Assembly: GCA_947501605.1 (NCBI GenBank)
Contig: CANMWZ010000006.1
Location: forward strand, 90,517 to 154,516
Direction: 5' to 3'
Length of the DNA stretch: 64,000 bases
DNA from: Planctomycetota bacterium
GTDB lineage: Bacteria; Planctomycetota; UBA1135; UBA2386
Below the pieces are notes generated by a model, which was given only the letters and a program-made list of their open reading frames with translations, ran no database searches and was not told the DNA's origin. Made by a program: the position numbers and the translations under genes. Positions 20,039 through 30,679 of this stretch are shown here, one piece after another. How positions within the stretch are numbered: the first letter of the stretch is position 1; every line of letters begins with the position of its first letter.

Positions 20039-21712
20039 TCACCGTGGCGCTTCCAGGACTTGGTGGGCCGCGCGCAAGCGCTGGCTGAGCTCGGGGTACG
20101 GCACGTCCTGCACGGGCAGATTGCGTTCGATCGCGATGTCAGCCGCGATCATCGCCGACTGTGCCAGCACCATGAACACGGGCTCCATGCGGATCGAGCC
20201 GAACGCGATGTGGCTCGCCGAGACGCAGACCGGAACCAGCAAGTTGTTGCAGTCAGCGCGGCGCGGCAGCAGCGCGCGGTATGGAATGCCATAGGGCTTC
20301 CGCACTCGCACCTGGACGTCCCCTTCGTTTCTGACCGCGCCGTTCACGACGTGGCGACGCACGTTGTGGCTGTCCATCGCGTAGGCGCCGAGACCGACCG
20401 GATCGGGTTCGACGCGCGCGCCGGTGCAGTGCGACTCGGTGACGACCACTTCGCCCAGTAGGCGCCGCGCCTCGCGCACGTAGACCAGCGGCGGCCAGTT
20501 TTGCGTGGCGACAAACTCGTCCTTGGCGAGGCCGTAGCGTTGGAACTCGCTTCGCACCGAGAATGGCACGCGCGGATGGTTTGCCAGCGTCCACATCAGC
20601 CCCTGCTGGTAGTCGCGGTGCGCGGCGACAATGCGGTCCCGCTCGGCGTAGCTGGCCTCGGGATAGCCCCAATTGAGGCCGATCGCGTCGGTCGAGAACG
20701 CGCCGTTGTTGTTGCTGTCGGTCTTGCGGTTGGGCATCGGCACTGGGTGCCAGGGCGCCATCGTGTTGCCGGCATCGAACCAACGGAGCAGGAGCTCGAA
20801 GGCGCGCTCGTCGTAGGCTGCGGGCTTTGGCCAGGCAGCGCGATTCTGTGGATCATCCGTCGCACAGAGGCGGTAGCAGTATGCCTGCACGCGCCGATCC
20901 TGGGTGCCATCGGGCTCGTCCTCGCTCGCGTCGATGCCTGGCAGCAGGCCGCTCGCAGGGTCCGTCGGCCGCACATACGGATCGACGCGCTGCGCGAACT
21001 GGTGCTTCTCTGCCTGCCACACGGCAACGCCGTTCAGCGTCTCGCCGTAGGTCGCATTGGCTTCGCGGCCGACGACCGAGCCGCAACCGGCAGCCGCCAT
21101 CAGGTCGCCTTCGTACGAGCAATCGAGAAACACGCGAGCGCGAATCCTGCGGCCCTTCTCCGTCGTGATCTCCTCGAGTCGGGCGCCGGACTTCGTGGTT
21201 CCGACGGGGGATCGGTCGATGCGGTCGACGATCGGTTCGAGGCCCGCTTGCGCCAGCATGCGCGCAAACTCGGCGCTGGCGACCCGAGGCTCGAAGGTGA
21301 ATGCCACATCGCGGCCCTTCTCCTGGCCGCGCCCGGAGAACTTGTCGCGGGGTTCTCGAGTCCAGCTTGCGGCGTCGTCGTAGTGACGACGCAAGCCGCG
21401 GTAGAACTCGCGCGTGAGCCCGCCGATCGCCGCGTCGGCCCCGACATCCGTGGCACCGAGCCCGGCGGTCGTCATGCCCCCGATCCAGGCGTCGCAGTCG
21501 ACCAATACGACGCTGCGATGCAACCGCTGCGCCTGGACTGCCGCGATGATGCCGGCGGAAGTTGCGCCATAGACGCACACATCGACTTCGAGCACATCCG
21601 CCCGGCGCAACCGCGATGCACAGGACCCGAACAGGACGGCGACGACGGCGGCGAATGCGGCGAATGAGCCAACCCCCCGGCGCGACCACAGGGACACTTC
21701 AGCTGCGGCCAA
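20039..21712 (-). CDS. FAD-dependent oxidoreductase (FAD_oxidored family), probable lipoprotein
   Basis: DVCVYGATSAG, GGMTTAGLG, DCSYEGDL, YVREARR, SASHIAFGSIRMEP; N-terminal hydrophobic stretch ending LFGSC. Start uncertain. Confidence 0.85.
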   Translation of the reverse strand: MAAAEVSLWSRRGVGSFAAFAAVVAVLFGSCASRLRRADVLEVDVCVYGATSAGIIAAVQAQRLHRSVVLVDCDAWIGGMTTAGLGATDVGADAAIGGLTREFYRGLRRHYDDAASWTREPRDKFSGRGQEKGRDVAFTFEPRVASAEFARMLAQAGLEPIVDRIDRSPVGTTKSGARLEEITTEKGRRIRARVFLDCSYEGDLMAAAGCGSVVGREANATYGETLNGVAVWQAEKHQFAQRVDPYVRPTDPASGLLPGIDASEDEPDGTQDRRVQAYCYRLCATDDPQNRAAWPKPAAYDERAFELLLRWFDAGNTMAPWHPVPMPNRKTDSNNNGAFSTDAIGLNWGYPEASYAERDRIVAAHRDYQQGLMWTLANHPRVPFSVRSEFQRYGLAKDEFVATQNWPPLVYVREARRLLGEVVVTESHCTGARVEPDPVGLGAYAMDSHNVRRHVVNGAVRNEGDVQVRVRKPYGIPYRALLPRRADCNNLLVPVCVSASHIAFGSIRMEPVFMVLAQSAMIAADIAIERNLPVQDVPYPELSQRLRAAHQVLEAPR

Positions 21713-22733
21713 GACCCTCTCCGTTGCGTTGGTTCAACCGCTTCTCCAGCACGTCGACTTTGCGGGGAAGGTCGGACAGATCGCGAAGCGCGACCATCGT
21801 GCGGATCCACCGGCGCTTCTCGATCAGTGGATGCCCCATGTAGTCCCCAGGCGCGTCGACGTTGGCCAAGATGCAGGAGTTGCCGCCAATGCGCACGTCA
21901 CTGACGATCTTGAGGTGGCCGCCCACGGCAGCGTGCCCAGCCAGGATCACGCGATCGCCGATCACCGTGCTGCCAGCAACCAACGATGCCGCTGCGAATG
22001 CGCAATCCTCGCCGATCACGCAGTTGTGCGCGACATGGCAGAGGTTGTCGATCTTGGTGCGGGCGCCGATCTGCGTGTCGCCAATGGCACCGCGGTCAAT
22101 CGTGCAGTTGGCGCCGATCTCGACGTCGTCATGGATTCGGACCCCACCCAACTGCGGCACCTTGACGAACTGCGCACCATCCATGGCGTAGCCAAACCCG
22201 TCGCTGCCGATCACCGCGCCGGCATGCACCGCGACGCGGTTCCCGAGCACCACCCCGCGGTAGAGGGTCACCTGCGGATAGAGCACGCAGTCGGCCCCGA
22301 TCTGGCAATCGTCGCCAATCACGCACCCTGCCATGACCACCGTTCCGGCTCCGATACGCGCCTTGCCGACCACCGCGCGAGCGTGAACCTCTACGGCGCC
22401 GTCCAGATGGGCCTCCGAGTCGATGACTGCCGTCGGATGGATCGAGCGCATCGCTGCCCGCGGCACCGGATGGAAGCAAAGGGCCACGCGCGCGAAGGCG
22501 AGCCCGACGTCAGCGACGACGATCTGCGCCGCCGGAGTTTCCAGCTCGTCGAACGTGATGAGGGCACCGAGCTTGGTCGTGCGCGCCGCGTCGCGGTACC
22601 TCGTGTCGCGCACGAAGCCGATCTTGTCCTGACCGGCCATACGCAGGTCGGCGACACCGGTAATCGCCTGGTTGCCGTTTCCGACGACGCGACCGCCGAG
22701 CAGGGCAGCCAGCGAAGACACCGTCTCCGTCAT
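21699..22733 (-). CDS. lpxD: UDP-3-O-acyl-glucosamine N-acyltransferase
   Basis: IHPTAVI, hexapeptide repeats, IGSDGFGY, KVPQLGGV, IGANCTIDRG, KIDNLCHVAHN. Confidence 0.95.
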   Translation of the reverse strand: MTETVSSLAALLGGRVVGNGNQAITGVADLRMAGQDKIGFVRDTRYRDAARTTKLGALITFDELETPAAQIVVADVGLAFARVALCFHPVPRAAMRSIHPTAVIDSEAHLDGAVEVHARAVVGKARIGAGTVVMAGCVIGDDCQIGADCVLYPQVTLYRGVVLGNRVAVHAGAVIGSDGFGYAMDGAQFVKVPQLGGVRIHDDVEIGANCTIDRGAIGDTQIGARTKIDNLCHVAHNCVIGEDCAFAAASLVAGSTVIGDRVILAGHAAVGGHLKIVSDVRIGGNSCILANVDAPGDYMGHPLIEKRRWIRTMVALRDLSDLPRKVDVLEKRLNQRNGEGLGRS

Positions 22734-25705
22734 CTTGGGGTCCGTTGCAGTTGCGAGTGTTCTGCGAGCTGTGCCGCCGCATCGCGCAGGCGATCGACTG
22801 GCCATTCAGGATCGTAGACGATGCGCTCGCCGATCGAACGGAAAAGGGCAGCGCCGGCCGCCGTGCGCACGGCGCGGTCCTCATCGACGAGCCCGCGACC
22901 GAGCAGCATGAGCGACGCGCGATCGGTTCGCCCTCCGAGCGCGACCTGAAGCGCCTGCCGCTGCGCCGCGGGCCCATCGGCAAAGGCCAGAATGGAAGCC
23001 GTTGCTGGCAAATCAGCGCGCCAGATGCGGAGCAACTCAGCCTCGGCCCCACGCCCGCGCAGGGCCACCGCCGCCGCTTCGATGACGAATGGATCCGCCA
23101 GCTCCCGCAATGCCGCCAGCGCGGCAGGTGGCGACGCACTTGCGCCCCATTGCGCCACCAGTGCGGCGGCGGAACGCGAACGGAACCGGTGGCGCAACGC
23201 GATCGCCAGCGGACCATCGCCAACCGCGAGTTCGGCGAGGCGCTCCGCTGGCGGCAACTCGGTCCAATCGGCGAGCGGCGAGTGCGCCTGAAGGCCGGCG
23301 AGGACTGGCCGCAAGAGCGGCGGCGCATCGGCGGCAAAGCCCGCGTCGAGCGCCAGTGCCGCCCGACCCGCGTTGCGCCGTTCGCGGACGCGCTGGTCCT
23401 TGCGATCCGGCAAGGCCAGGGCAGCCTGCAGGATCGGCGACGGCGACCCGAGATGAAAAAAGCGCGCCGCCAAGACACTCGCGTCAGCGACCTGGGCTGG
23501 GTTGGCCGGGTCCGCCGCCGCAATCGAGCGTTCGGCAATGCGAACCGCAATCGCCAAGACCTCGCGCCGCAGGAGCACCGACAACGGCCGTTCCCGCAGC
23601 GCCTTCGCGAGCACTGGTTCGGCCAGCGCCCAGGCCCCGATGTCCGCAGTCAGCGCCTGCAACCGGGCGCGACCGGTGGCATCGAGCTTCGAACGCACCA
23701 CGCTGGCGAGCGCTGCCGCGTTCGCGTCCAAGGTCGCGTTCGGCGAGCCCGACGCCGATCGCACGGCAGGAAGTGGCGTCGCCTCACTCGGGGCAACCAG
23801 CGGCGGCGCCAGTTCGGCCAACAGGGCCGACCGCAGATCGCCGACGCTGCCAAGACCAGCCGAGTGCAAGTGCCAACGGGCGGCGATTGGCAGGCCATCG
23901 AGAACTTCGGCGATGCGATCCCACTCAGGCGGGCGGGCAAGTCCGCAAAGCAGCAGTGTGCGCTCGAAGAGGAACACCCCGCACCACGGATGCACCACGG
24001 CAGCACTCGCGAGCGCCGACAGCAGCAGATCAGGCGGAGCGGTGTCGAGGGCAATTGCTTGCAGCACCGCACCGTTCGTCGCAGCTCGACGCATGGCGGC
24101 GTGTTCGGCAACCGTCGCCCGCCCTGGAAGTGCCGCACCCAGCAGCGTGCCATCGATGACCGCAGCACAACTCCCCAGCGGCACGTGCAGCAAGAAGGTG
24201 CGGCTGCCAAGAAGTGCCGGCGCGGCTCCCGCCAAGTTGGGCTGCAACACACCGGGCGCAGGAGCCACAGGACCGTCGGCCTGCAAGCGTGGCTGCAGCG
24301 CGATGGCATCGGCGCACGGCTCGATCCAGGCGACGGCATCGAGCTGGAAGTCGCGCGCACACGCGCGCAAGCGCCCCGTGTGCGGGCCCAATACCGCAAT
24401 GGTCCCGCGGTCGGGCGCGAGCGCCATCGCCGCAAACATCAGCAGCGTCGCATGGTCGCACGACGGACCCGCGCGATCCACTTCGAGGCCGTCGATGGCC
24501 AGGGTGATCTGCTGCGTTCGCGCAGACCAGCTGGCCCGGGCCGTTCCCGAACGCCCGAGCACGACATCTTCGGTCGCCGAGGACGACGACGTCGCGCCGC
24601 CGAACACGACGACCGCGAAGCCACCGGCGATTGTGCTGATGCCGCCTAGCGCCGTTCGTCGCACCAGGGCGAGCGACGCCCCTACTGCGAGCACCGCCGC
24701 GACCACGCCGATCGAGAGCCCGCTCTGGCAACCCGCGACGCCGAGGATCGCCCCTGCGAGAGCGCGCCCGCCCGCAGCGAGGAGTTCGCGTGGCGAGCCG
24801 GAGCCCATGGCGTTGGCGAGCAGAAACGCCGAGGCAACGGCAATGCCGGTCGTTCGCGACAACGGGTCGCTTGCAGCGGCCGCGGCGAACGCGGCGAGCA
24901 CTACCGTGGCGAGGCCATTGGCGCGCGCCAGGGTCGCGAGTGGTAGGCGCGCCGCCATTCCGAACCCAAGCGCGGCGGCCGCAAATGCGCCAGCACTGCA
25001 GTCAGCGCCAGGCCACGCCATTGACTGTTCGCCGAGACCGGCGGGGATGCAGACGAACCAGACCAGCACGGCACCGGCCGGAAGCGCCAGCGACGGCATC
25101 GCTCGGGCTGCGACACGACTCGAGGCGACGACCGCGCGGGGCGCGAGCGTGGCCGCGGCAAGCCAGAGCACGGCGCCAGTGGCGAAGACCGGCGCCCACT
25201 CAGGCACCGCAAACACCGACAGGATCGACAGGGATGCTGCAGCGCCGAGCCCGGCACCAGCGAGCAGCGTTGCGCCGCCGGAAGCCCGACCGCCAACCAT
25301 GGCGGCGAGCAGCGCCGCGGCAGACGCCAAGGGCAGCGCCAAGAGTGGCACGGCCGCAAAGGTGGTCGAGGCAGTGCGCGGCGACATGGTTGCGACGGCC
25401 ATGGCCGCGAGCACAACGGCACCGATGAGCGCGGCCGCGAGTGCCATGAAGGAACGCCTGCGCGCTTGCCAAGCGACGCCGATGCCAGCACCGATAGCGC
25501 ACGTGAACGCAGTGAGCACCCGCTCGTCGAACGGCAATAGGGGCACGCCCACCGAAACCGCGCGCCAGGTCGACACGGAGGCCCACCACAAAGCCCCGCC
25601 AGCGCCAAGCAGTCCCGCAGCTACCGCTGCCGACCACCACCCAGCACGCGGCGGCGCGACGGTGCTGGCGACGGCAGCATCAACGGTAAAACCGGACTCG
25701 GGCAT
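22730..25705 (-). CDS. Large membrane protein: about 12 TM helices, degenerate spermidine-synthase-like domain, helical/HEAT-like C-terminus
   Basis: Ala-rich polytopic N-half; ITLAIDGLEV..IAVLGPHTG..WIEP..GSRTFL resembles fused MFS/spermidine synthase proteins. Stop overlaps the lpxD ATG. Start uncertain (25705 or 25717). Confidence 0.55.
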   Translation of the reverse strand: MPESGFTVDAAVASTVAPPRAGWWSAAVAAGLLGAGGALWWASVSTWRAVSVGVPLLPFDERVLTAFTCAIGAGIGVAWQARRRSFMALAAALIGAVVLAAMAVATMSPRTASTTFAAVPLLALPLASAAALLAAMVGGRASGGATLLAGAGLGAAASLSILSVFAVPEWAPVFATGAVLWLAAATLAPRAVVASSRVAARAMPSLALPAGAVLVWFVCIPAGLGEQSMAWPGADCSAGAFAAAALGFGMAARLPLATLARANGLATVVLAAFAAAAASDPLSRTTGIAVASAFLLANAMGSGSPRELLAAGGRALAGAILGVAGCQSGLSIGVVAAVLAVGASLALVRRTALGGISTIAGGFAVVVFGGATSSSSATEDVVLGRSGTARASWSARTQQITLAIDGLEVDRAGPSCDHATLLMFAAMALAPDRGTIAVLGPHTGRLRACARDFQLDAVAWIEPCADAIALQPRLQADGPVAPAPGVLQPNLAGAAPALLGSRTFLLHVPLGSCAAVIDGTLLGAALPGRATVAEHAAMRRAATNGAVLQAIALDTAPPDLLLSALASAAVVHPWCGVFLFERTLLLCGLARPPEWDRIAEVLDGLPIAARWHLHSAGLGSVGDLRSALLAELAPPLVAPSEATPLPAVRSASGSPNATLDANAAALASVVRSKLDATGRARLQALTADIGAWALAEPVLAKALRERPLSVLLRREVLAIAVRIAERSIAAADPANPAQVADASVLAARFFHLGSPSPILQAALALPDRKDQRVRERRNAGRAALALDAGFAADAPPLLRPVLAGLQAHSPLADWTELPPAERLAELAVGDGPLAIALRHRFRSRSAAALVAQWGASASPPAALAALRELADPFVIEAAAVALRGRGAEAELLRIWRADLPATASILAFADGPAAQRQALQVALGGRTDRASLMLLGRGLVDEDRAVRTAAGAALFRSIGERIVYDPEWPVDRLRDAAAQLAEHSQLQRTPR

Positions 25706-25847
25706 CGGCCCCAACATAGCTGCTGGAAGCAACTTGTCGCGGGTCGACTGGCTACCCCGCCGCACCACGGCAGGCGGCACCGACCATGGCGTCGCCGGGC
25801 CGAAGGTGCGAGCGGGCAGCGACGGCTCGCTCGTTACCGCGGACCGC

Positions 25848-26321
25848 TCAAGGGGCGCGGGCGGCATCCAGTTCGCGCAGGGCCGCGATGGCCTCGGCGG
25901 GAGTCTTGCACAGCAGCAAGCGCTGCCTGACATCGGCGCGCGCCAACATGCGCGCGATTTCTGCCAGCGTCTTGATGTGCATCAGCTTTTTGTGTCGCGG
26001 ATAAATGAGCCCGACCAGGATCTGCGCGGGCTTCTTGTCCACGGCCTCGAACGGGATCCCATCCGGGGCAAGCGCCAGGATCGCGAGCAAGTCATCGATG
26101 CCGTCGACCGCGGCGTGTGGGATTGCGATGCCGTGCTCCATGCCAGTCGACATGCTGCGCTCCCTTTCCACCAGCGCGCGCTCGATCATCGGCGCCACTG
26201 CCGCGGAGTAGCGGCCCGAGCGCACCGGTAGCGCCGCGAGAATCGAGAGAGCCTGCCATTTGTCGGCGGCTCGCAGCGGCACCTCCACTAGGTCCTGCAC
26301 GATGAGTTCGGAGAGCTTCAT
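25848..26321 (-). CDS. PTS IIA domain protein (fructose/nitrogen-regulatory type)
   Basis: ERERSMSTGMEHGIAIPHA phospho-His motif, GIPFEAVD, HIKTLAEIAR. Confidence 0.9.
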   Translation of the reverse strand: MKLSELIVQDLVEVPLRAADKWQALSILAALPVRSGRYSAAVAPMIERALVERERSMSTGMEHGIAIPHAAVDGIDDLLAILALAPDGIPFEAVDKKPAQILVGLIYPRHKKLMHIKTLAEIARMLARADVRQRLLLCKTPAEAIAALRELDAARAP

Positions 26322-26531
26322 GCGCGCGCACAACCGACCTGCGAAATCACCTTCGCTGCGGCGCGAAGATCAGAGCCCCATGGGCAACTCAAGCAACCGC
26401 AAAGTCGGAAACCACGAGAACGCACTTCCTTGCGCCTGCCGAGCGAAATAAAAACCTCGCTCGCTCCGTCGGAGGCCGCTCAGAATCAAACGGTCACGCC
26501 ACTCCGGCCCAAGCAGCAGGAAACCACGCTG

Positions 26532-28937
26532 ATGTCCGATCCGATCCGCCGTTCGTCGCGCCGCGCCATGTTCGCTTCGCTGTCGGCCGCTTTGATGCCC
26601 GCTGCGCCGCGCCGTACTGCCGCGTCCAGCTTTGCCATCGCTCTCGCTCTCTCTTCCTTTGCGACCGGGACGTTCCTCCCTGCCCTGGGTGCGCAGACGC
26701 CACCACCGGTGACGCCACCCCCCGAGCAGGTCGGAGGCACGCAGGAGCCGCAGGCCGGCAAACCGCGCATGGAGGTCAAGGGCGACAAGATCGTGTTCTC
26801 GATGAGCGAGACTTCGGGCATGGACCTGAAGGAGTTCGTGAAGTGGGCCCAGGAGATGACGGGCTACCGCTTCTACTTCAACGAGAACGAACTGCAGCAG
26901 AGTCCCAGCGGCACGCGCGTCAGCTTCCTCGGCACCTTCACGTTCAATCGCGACGGCTTCGTGAAGGAGTTCTTCGGCTTCTTCCAGACGATGCTCTACA
27001 TCAAGGGCTTCGCCTTGCTGCCGCGCGGAACGGGAGAGCAGGAACTGCTCGAGATCGTTTCGATGAGCGGCCAGCGTGCGCGCGACGTCAACAGCAGCGC
27101 CCGCTACGTGGCGCTCGAGTCGATCGAGGAGTACCGGAGCCAGACCGGCGTGCCGATCCTGACGACCGTCCCGCTGAAGAACATCAACGCCAACATCGCA
27201 ACCAACGCCTTGCGCCCGTTCTTCGCGCAAGCCGGTGCCGCCGCTGGCGCTGCGAGTCTGACGTTCGGAACTGCCGGTAACAACACGGCTCTGCTACTGC
27301 AGGGCTTTGGGCCGCAGGTCTACGACGCCGTCAAGCTGCTGCAGTTGGTCGACAAGCCGGTCGAGTCCCCAGAACTCGTCACCCAAGTACACCGCCTGGA
27401 GCACGCGGCCCCGGAAGAACTCGAACCGATCCTGACCGAGATCCTCGACAACCGTTCGCGCGTCCGCCAACAGGCACTCGCGGAGTCCGGCCAAGCCGGC
27501 GCGTCGGGAGCGCCGATGCAGGCAGGTGGGCAGAGTCAGATGAAGGTCGTCGTCAACCCAGCCCTCAAGGCGCTGGTTTTGTCCGGCACTGCGGAGCAGG
27601 TGAGCGAAGCACTCGAGCTCGTCGCCCGACTCGATGTGCCGCCAGAACCATTCGATGGCCAGGCCTCCGTGATCCCACTGAAGAACGTGCTCGCCGAGGA
27701 CCTGCAACGGACGCTCAATGAGTTCGTGGCGGAGGACCAGCGCGCCGACCAGCAGGCCCAGGCAGGCCAACCCGGCGCCGGTAGTTCGCGCCGCCCCCGT
27801 CCGACCGTCATCCGCGTGCACAAGGAGAGCAACAGCCTCCTGATCTCAGCCGCAGCGACCAAGTACAAGCAGATCGTCTCGCTCATCGACGAACTCGACA
27901 AGCGCCAGCCCCAGGTGCTCATCGAGTGTGCCCTGGTCGAACTGACCACTGGCGACCTCGACCGCTTCGGCGTCGAACTCGGCTTGATCGACATCAATCA
28001 GAACGGCGACTTCACCCGCGGCTTCGGCTTCTCGAACTTCGGTCTGTCGACCTTCCAAGACAACGACGACGACGGCATCCCAGACACTCGCCTGCCTGAC
28101 TTCGACAACCCGCTGCAGGGTGTGACCGGCGGCATCATCAGCGGCGGCGACTTCGCCGTCCCGGCACTGGTCAACGCACTGTCGACCGACGATCGCGCCA
28201 ACATCCTGTCGATGCCGAGCGTGCTGGTGAACAACAACTCACCGGCAACCGTAACGACCGAAGAGGAGCGTCCGACCCTGACGCAGAACCAGGGCAACGC
28301 CACGACGCAGTCCGGCGTCGGCACGCCCCGCAACGCCGGTATCACGCTCGAGATCTCGCCGACGATCAGCAAGAACAACTACTTGCGCCTCAACATCAGT
28401 CTCGAGGTCTCGCGCTTCATCGGCGCCTTCGACCCCAACTCGGCGACCGGTGGCGGCATCGTCGTGCGCCGCACGATCGAAACGCAGGTGACGATGCCGA
28501 GCGGCGACACGATGGTGCTCGGTGGTGTGATCGACGATCAAGAGTCGCACAGCGACCGCGGCATCCCGTTCCTCAAGGACCTGCCGCTGCTGGGCTTCTT
28601 GTTCCGCAGCAGTGATGACACGTCGAACAAGACGAACCTCTACTTCTTCGTGACGCCCACGATTCTCGACGAAGACGACTTCGACGACCTGTGGCAACTC
28701 AGTCTGCAGAAGAAGATGGAAGCCGATCGCTACATCGGCACGCGGCGCCTGCGCCTCATCGATCGCAAGTGGACCAGCCCGAGCGCCGCGCAAGCCCGCA
28801 CGCTGGAGGACACCGGCACGTCGCTGGAGGACATCGATCGCTTCAGCGACAACGAGATGCCGTACTACCACCGGCCCGATCGCCAGAAGACGCAAGCTAC
28901 GCCCAGCGGTCCCGTGACTCCCAACCAAGGCCAGTGA
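26532..28937 (+). CDS. gspD: Type II secretion system secretin
   Basis: Repeated N-domains (PLKNINA, RLEHAAP, PLKNVLA); LDKRQPQVLIE, ILSMPS, GITLEISPTI, VLGGVI, GIPFLKDLPLLGFLF, NLYFFVTPTI. Confidence 0.92.
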   Translation: MSDPIRRSSRRAMFASLSAALMPAAPRRTAASSFAIALALSSFATGTFLPALGAQTPPPVTPPPEQVGGTQEPQAGKPRMEVKGDKIVFSMSETSGMDLKEFVKWAQEMTGYRFYFNENELQQSPSGTRVSFLGTFTFNRDGFVKEFFGFFQTMLYIKGFALLPRGTGEQELLEIVSMSGQRARDVNSSARYVALESIEEYRSQTGVPILTTVPLKNINANIATNALRPFFAQAGAAAGAASLTFGTAGNNTALLLQGFGPQVYDAVKLLQLVDKPVESPELVTQVHRLEHAAPEELEPILTEILDNRSRVRQQALAESGQAGASGAPMQAGGQSQMKVVVNPALKALVLSGTAEQVSEALELVARLDVPPEPFDGQASVIPLKNVLAEDLQRTLNEFVAEDQRADQQAQAGQPGAGSSRRPRPTVIRVHKESNSLLISAAATKYKQIVSLIDELDKRQPQVLIECALVELTTGDLDRFGVELGLIDINQNGDFTRGFGFSNFGLSTFQDNDDDGIPDTRLPDFDNPLQGVTGGIISGGDFAVPALVNALSTDDRANILSMPSVLVNNNSPATVTTEEERPTLTQNQGNATTQSGVGTPRNAGITLEISPTISKNNYLRLNISLEVSRFIGAFDPNSATGGGIVVRRTIETQVTMPSGDTMVLGGVIDDQESHSDRGIPFLKDLPLLGFLFRSSDDTSNKTNLYFFVTPTILDEDDFDDLWQLSLQKKMEADRYIGTRRLRLIDRKWTSPSAAQARTLEDTGTSLEDIDRFSDNEMPYYHRPDRQKTQATPSGPVTPNQGQ

Positions 28938-28941
28938 TCTC

Positions 28942-30657
28942 GTGACCATGCTGCAGGATCGAATTCGCGAAGGGCTCCTGCGCAAGGCGGGGCTGACCCA
29001 GATCCAGATCGACGATGCTCTCGCCGCCGAACACGAAAGCGGGCTGGGCCTCGATCAGGTTCTGATCACCAAGAACTTCCTGCCCGAAGCCAAGTGTTTG
29101 CAGTTCTTCGCTGACTTCCTCGGCATGGAGTTCCGGCCAAGCCTCGAGGGCATCGGGGTGCCTGGCGACTTCATCCACAAGGTGCCGGTGCAGTTCGCCC
29201 GTACGCACGGGCTGATCGCCATCGCGATTCGAGAAGGCGTGCTGCAGGTGGCGACGCACAAGCCGCTCGAAGTGCAACCGATGGATGACCTCGCAACGAT
29301 GCTGCGTTGCGAAGTCGAAGGCGTACTGACGCCGCGGTCCGAGATCGCCAACCTGATCAACCGCGCCTACCGCCACAAGGCCGACGGAGTCGACGAAGCC
29401 CTCGAGGACATCGAGGACACCGACATCGTCGCGGTCGCGGGCCAGATCCAGGAGAGCGAAGACCTCCTCGACCAGAACAAGGCGCCGGTCATCAAGTTGG
29501 TGAACATGCTGCTGTTCCAGGCGCTCAAACTGCGCGCCTCGGACATCCACCTGCAGCCCTACGCCGACCGCCTCCAGGTCCGCATGCGCATCGACGGCGT
29601 GCTCTACGACATGGAGTCGGTGCCCAAGCGCGCGCAAGAGGCGATCGTGAGCCGCGTCAAGGTCATGGGCAAAATGGACATCGCCGAGCGCCGGCTGCCG
29701 CAGGACGGCCGCGCGAGCATTCGCATCGGCGATGGCGACGTCGACGTGCGCATCAGCTCGGTGCCCGTCACCAGCGGGGAACGCATCGTCTTCCGCATCC
29801 TCGACAAGACGACCAAGATCTACAGCCTGGAGCAGATCGGGCTATCGCTCGACAACCAGCGCACGATCAAGCGCTACATCAACTACTCCCACGGCATCAT
29901 CTTCGTCACCGGCCCAACGGGTTCGGGCAAGACGACGACGCTCTATGCCTGCCTCGACGCGATCAACGCGCCCAGCCTCAACATCCTGACCATCGAAGAC
30001 CCTGTCGAATACAACCTCGACGGCATCAGTCAGGTGCAAGTCAACGTCAAGAAGGGTCTGACCTTCGCCAACGGCCTGCGCAGCTTCTTGCGTCAGGACC
30101 CGGACGTCATGATGGTCGGCGAAGTGCGCGACAACGAGACCGCGGACATCGCCATCCGCGCCGCCCTGACGGGCCACTTGGTGTTCTCGACGGTGCACAC
30201 CAACGATTCCGCGTCGACCGTTACGCGCCTGATCGACATCGGCGTGGAGCCATATCTGGTGTCGTCGTCGATGCTGCTGGTCGTCGCCCAGCGACTGCTG
30301 CGAACCGTGTGCGCGAACTGCCGCGAACCGGTCGAGCCCGACGAGCAGATGCTGTTCCACCTCGAAGACCTCAAGCTGAAGCGCGAGCAGTTCCAGAACG
30401 GCAAACTGATGATCGGCCGCGGCTGTGACGAGTGCTTCCATTCGGGCTACGCCGGCCGGACTGCCATCTACGAGGTCATGCCCATCGACAGTGCCGTGCA
30501 GGAACAAATCGTGCGCAAGGCAACCGCCAGCGAGATCAAGCGGTCGGCCCTCGAGCGCGGCCTCCGCACCTTGCGCATGGACGGCGTGGACAAACTGCTC
30601 GCGGGGTTGACGACACCGGACGAAGTCCTGCGCGTCACCCAACTGGACGTGACGTGA
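28942..30657 (+). CDS. gspE: Type II secretion ATPase
   Basis: ASDIH, DIAERRLPQDG, Walker A GPTGSGKTTT, TIEDPVEY, LRQDPD, GEVRD, LTGHLV.STVHTN, CxxC..CxxC. Confidence 0.93.
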   Translation: MTMLQDRIREGLLRKAGLTQIQIDDALAAEHESGLGLDQVLITKNFLPEAKCLQFFADFLGMEFRPSLEGIGVPGDFIHKVPVQFARTHGLIAIAIREGVLQVATHKPLEVQPMDDLATMLRCEVEGVLTPRSEIANLINRAYRHKADGVDEALEDIEDTDIVAVAGQIQESEDLLDQNKAPVIKLVNMLLFQALKLRASDIHLQPYADRLQVRMRIDGVLYDMESVPKRAQEAIVSRVKVMGKMDIAERRLPQDGRASIRIGDGDVDVRISSVPVTSGERIVFRILDKTTKIYSLEQIGLSLDNQRTIKRYINYSHGIIFVTGPTGSGKTTTLYACLDAINAPSLNILTIEDPVEYNLDGISQVQVNVKKGLTFANGLRSFLRQDPDVMMVGEVRDNETADIAIRAALTGHLVFSTVHTNDSASTVTRLIDIGVEPYLVSSSMLLVVAQRLLRTVCANCREPVEPDEQMLFHLEDLKLKREQFQNGKLMIGRGCDECFHSGYAGRTAIYEVMPIDSAVQEQIVRKATASEIKRSALERGLRTLRMDGVDKLLAGLTTPDEVLRVTQLDVT

Positions 30658-30679
30658 ACCCCGCAGCGAGCCAATAGCC

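Noticed and set aside
26381-26420. ggcaa..gcaaag pattern reminiscent of a c-di-GMP-I riboswitch upstream of gspD
   Set aside because: The required P2 stem with GNRA loop and the receptor-containing P3 stem cannot be formed.
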